A DNA stretch of 26,597 nucleotides, taken from the NCBI GenBank assembly GCA_043228905.1, contig JBHGNT010000423.1, positions 1 to 26,597 on the forward strand, written 5' to 3'. Of this stretch, positions 23,913 to 26,597 are shown piece after piece. The notes under the pieces were generated by a model, which worked only from the letters and a program-made list of their open reading frames with translations, did not search any database and was not told where the DNA came from. The DNA comes from Azolla caroliniana (Eukaryota > Plantae > Polypodiophyta). The position numbers and the translations under genes were made by a program. Each line of letters starts with the position of its first letter. Within the stretch, counting starts at the first letter, position 1.

Positions 23913-24284
23913 TGACTTAGGGCAAACAGTTTAAATGTTGTTGTTGCTCATTTTCTGTTTTCCACTAAGAAGGAGCGAAGTGAGAGCAGCCGAGAGAGAG
24001 TGAGAGAGAAAGAGGAAGGAAGAGGTTGACGCCTCTGTGTAATACCGCCGCCTGTGGCGAGGACAGTGAGCTCAAGGTCGTTGCCTTGCAGCTCAGCATT
24101 GTACATTCCCGCGTATAGTGATAGTTGGAGTCTTGCACTCCCGTGGTTTTTCCCATTTAGGGTTTTCCACGTAAAACATCCAGTGTACCCTTCTCTCTAT
24201 TGTTTTCGTGCATTGTTGTATTTCCCGTTTTCTGTGAATCGATCCAGTTCCTCGGTTGTGGCCGAGCACGGAATTGCGACAAAG

Positions 24285-24296
24285 TGGTATTAGAGC
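24285..24296 (+). other. Primer binding site for initiator tRNA-Met (TGGTATTAGAGC, one mismatch)
   Basis: 11/12 match to the plant canonical TGGTATCAGAGC, separated from the LTR end by AAG. Confidence 0.92.
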
Positions 24297-24312
24297 GACG
24301 GTAACACAGAAA

Positions 24313-26595
24313 ATGGAAGGCGGCAGCAGCGGACAGCCGGGGATGATGGTGCTGAATGCGCAGAACTACGCCGACTGGAAGATAAAGATGGAGGACCTGC
24401 TCATTGTTCGGGACCTGTATGAACCGATCGACAGGTCGGAAATACCCAAGGGGGTACTTGAGACGGAGTGGAGGCTTCTGAACCGGAAAGCCGTTGCAAC
24501 CATTCGGCAATACGTCGACGTGAGTGTTCTACAACACGTGGCGAACGACACCAACGCATATGAGATGTGGAGGAAGCTGTCGGGCCTCTACGAGAGGAAG
24601 AATGCGTTGAACCGGACCTCCCTGATGAGAAAGATAGTGAACCTCAAGTACCGGGACGGCGAGAGTATGGTGGAACACGTAAGCACGTTCATGGGATTCG
24701 TGAACCAGCTTGCGGCGATCAAGTTCCCATTGGAGGATGCAATGCAAGCCATCATCCTGATGTGTACATTGCCGGACAGCTGGGAGAACTTGGTGGTGAC
24801 TCTCAGCACCTCCTGCACCGAAGATAACTTGTCCCTACAAACGGTAAAGACAAGTATTTTGAACGAAGAAGCGCGTCGGAGAGATAAAGAACCGGCCTCC
24901 GACTCGAAGGCGTTGCTTACCGAATCGGAACGGGGAAGACAATGGAACCGGAGTCCGCAAAGACGGGAGAAGTCGGGGACCCGGTCGCAGTCAAGAGGAA
25001 GACCCACATGCTTCCACTGTGGGAAGCCGGGGCACTTCTGGAAGAATTGTCGGCATTACCGAAAAGACAACGGAGCCGACGACACCGATTCGAAGAAGTC
25101 ACCGGAGAGAAACGGTGCATACCGGGGAGCCACGGACCGGAGAGGTCCGGATCGGCGAGGGCAGGACCGAAAAGGAACGACGGCACTCGTGGCAAGTGAA
25201 GAGGAGATCATGCTCATCACCGAAGAAGGTGAACTAAACATTGCCGGCGATGAGACTACCTGGGTGGTCGATTCCGGAGCGTCGTTCCACCTGACCCCGG
25301 AAAGTAGATACTTCTCATCCTACACAGCCGGTGAACATGGCTGCGTTCGGATGGGAAATGAAGGTACGTGCCGGATTGCCGGCATAGGAGACGTATGGTT
25401 GACAACCCCGACCGGATGCAAAATGCTGCTGAAGGATGTCCGACACGTTCCGGAGGTTCGATTGAACCTGATTTCGGCCGGGAGGCTAGACGATGAAGGC
25501 TACACAGGTAGCATCCGGAACGGCGTAATGAAGTTCAGCAAGGGAAGCCTGATAGTGGCTCGGGCCCGGAAAGTCAACACACTGTACCTTATGAATGCCT
25601 GGTTGTGTCCGGAAGAGCTGAATGTGGCAGCCGACACTGCCGGTGAGCTGTGGCACAAAAGACTGTGCCACATGAGTGAGAAGGGGATGAAGAGGCTTGC
25701 AGAAGACAACCTTATTCCAGTGAAGCATGTGCACCTGGAGAAGTGCACCGATTGCCTGGCCGGTAAGCAGAACCGAACCTCCTTCCACTCAAGGCCACCG
25801 ACGAGACGTAGCGCACCATTGGAGTTGGTGCACACTGATGTGTGTCAGGTAGAAACGAAGTCACATGGCGGAGCCCAGTACTTCGTGACTTTCATTGATG
25901 ATCACAGCCGGAAGCTGTGGACGGCACCGTTGAAGACAAAGGACCAAGTGTTGTCCGTCTTCAAAGAACTCCACGCGAGAGTGGAGAGAGAATCCGGCAA
26001 GAAGCTGAAAGCGATACGAGCGGATAACGGAGGGGAATACCGGGGGCAGTTCCAGGAGTACTGTCGCTCGAAGGGAATCCGGCTCGAGTTTACTGTGCCG
26101 AAGACGCCGGAACTAAACGGGCTGGCCGAGAGGATGAACCGGACCATAATGGAGAGGGTCCGGAGTATGCTGGCGCATGCGAAATTACCCAAGGGGTTTT
26201 GGGCTGAGGCAATGTCGACGGCGACATACGTGATAAACAGATCACCCTCAGTACCGTTGGACGGAGACACGCCGCAGAAAGTGTGGACCGGTAAGGAAGT
26301 GTCCTACCGGCATCTGAAGGTGTTCGGGTGTCTCGCATATGTGCATGTGGCAAAGGACCGGAGAGGAAAGCTAGATCCAAAGACCCGGCCATGCATATTC
26401 CTCGGTTACGGCGACGACGAGTTCGGCTACCGAGTATGGGACCCGGTCGACAAGAAGATATTCAAGAGTCGAGATATCATCTTCATGGAGGACAAGACAC
26501 TCGCCGACTGGGAGTCGGAGAAGAAGATGAAGAGCTCCAAGTCGACCGGTGAGGATCAACTCTACGAGGAGCAGTCCCGACCGGCAAGGGACCGG
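24313..26595 (+). CDS. Copia gag-pol polyprotein, 3'-partial (761 codons, no stop or frameshift in window)
   Basis: Translated by hand from AAAATGG: MEGGSSGQPGMMVLNAQNYADW... Motifs: gag LPDSWE; zinc knuckle CFHCGKPGHFWKNC at 25009-25050; protease WVVDSGASFH at 25261-25290; HHCC (WHKRLCH...CTDC) at 25654-25755; integrase D 25837 (VHTDVC), D 26023 (RADNGGEY), E 26128 (NGLAER); then VFGCLAY and the SH3-like KLDPKTRPCIFLGY. RT/RNaseH lie beyond the window. Confidence 0.96.
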   Translation, partial: MEGGSSGQPGMMVLNAQNYADWKIKMEDLLIVRDLYEPIDRSEIPKGVLETEWRLLNRKAVATIRQYVDVSVLQHVANDTNAYEMWRKLSGLYERKNALNRTSLMRKIVNLKYRDGESMVEHVSTFMGFVNQLAAIKFPLEDAMQAIILMCTLPDSWENLVVTLSTSCTEDNLSLQTVKTSILNEEARRRDKEPASDSKALLTESERGRQWNRSPQRREKSGTRSQSRGRPTCFHCGKPGHFWKNCRHYRKDNGADDTDSKKSPERNGAYRGATDRRGPDRRGQDRKGTTALVASEEEIMLITEEGELNIAGDETTWVVDSGASFHLTPESRYFSSYTAGEHGCVRMGNEGTCRIAGIGDVWLTTPTGCKMLLKDVRHVPEVRLNLISAGRLDDEGYTGSIRNGVMKFSKGSLIVARARKVNTLYLMNAWLCPEELNVAADTAGELWHKRLCHMSEKGMKRLAEDNLIPVKHVHLEKCTDCLAGKQNRTSFHSRPPTRRSAPLELVHTDVCQVETKSHGGAQYFVTFIDDHSRKLWTAPLKTKDQVLSVFKELHARVERESGKKLKAIRADNGGEYRGQFQEYCRSKGIRLEFTVPKTPELNGLAERMNRTIMERVRSMLAHAKLPKGFWAEAMSTATYVINRSPSVPLDGDTPQKVWTGKEVSYRHLKVFGCLAYVHVAKDRRGKLDPKTRPCIFLGYGDDEFGYRVWDPVDKKIFKSRDIIFMEDKTLADWESEKKMKSSKSTGEDQLYEEQSRPARDR

Positions 26596-26597
26596 TT

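Larger units (their letters stand above)
23602..24281 (+). repeat. 5' LTR (680 bp)
   Basis: Begins TGTTGGGA exactly where the satellite stops and ends ...TTGCGACA three bases before the PBS. It contains U3 repeats, a TATA box, a GA-rich tract and a U5 GTGGTTTTTCCC...GGGTTTTCCAC motif. The 3' LTR is not in the window to confirm the ends. Confidence 0.88.
23602..26597 (+). mobile_element. Ty1/copia LTR retrotransposon, Tto1/Tnt1-like (probably Tork lineage), 5' part; truncated by the window end
   Basis: TG...CA LTR, PBS, and a single ORF with domain order gag-PR-INT (integrase directly after protease is the copia order). The gag N-terminus LNAQNYADWKIKMEDLL and integrase DNGGEYRGQF...PKTPELNGLAERMNRT resemble Tto1-type elements as I recall them. 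Lineage needs a REXdb/RT check. Confidence 0.96.

Noticed and set aside
23991-24024. GA-rich purine tract as a polypurine tract or microsatellite
   Set aside because: It lies inside the LTR downstream of the TATA box. The true PPT precedes the 3' LTR, which is outside the window.
24143-24176. TTTAGGG telomere-like heptamer within GTGGTTTTTCCC...GGGTTTTCCAC
   Set aside because: A single copy inside a common copia U5 motif; not a telomeric array.
25220-25370. Candidate splice donors (AG|GTGAAC, AG|GTACGT) for a subgenomic gag mRNA
   Set aside because: Spliced gag RNAs exist in some copia elements, but such short motifs cannot be supported without transcript data.
26023-26130. Integrase spacing D-X34-E rather than the canonical D-X35-E
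   Set aside because: As I recall, Tto1-type integrases share this one-residue-shorter DNGGEY-xGxF segment, so it is a lineage marker and not a defect. An alignment would confirm this.
23965-26559. Short ORFs on both strands over the LTR and retroelement
   Set aside because: Shadow frames of the GC-rich gag-pol ORF or LTR noise; no motifs and no evidence for an antisense or extra gene.

Overview
Eukaryotic (plant) heterochromatin with no host genes. Bases 1-23601 are a head-to-tail array of about 133-135 copies of a 178-bp AT-rich satellite (consensus about 36% GC by hand count), all in one orientation. The array has nested higher-order structure: a near-perfect 7-monomer (1246-bp) HOR in about 4.8 copies at 7095-13035, an alternative 7-mer (1245 bp) at about 18665-21170, 5-mer and dimer duplications, long-range block duplications, and several microhomology-flanked truncated monomers. 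At 23602 a monomer is cut by a Ty1/copia LTR retrotransposon on the + strand, Tto1/Tnt1-like (probably Tork lineage). It comprises a 680-bp 5' LTR with CCGG-rich U3 repeats, a tRNA-iMet PBS with one mismatch, and an uninterrupted gag-protease-integrase ORF from 24313 that runs off the window. That ORF is missing from the supplied track because it has no stop codon in the window, and all ORFs in the track look spurious. The picture fits a centromeric or pericentromeric satellite with a young copia insertion, but centromere function and species cannot be shown from sequence alone. I found no convincing wholly new biological system; the best leads are possible satellite targeting by a Tork-type copia and the modular HOR evolution.
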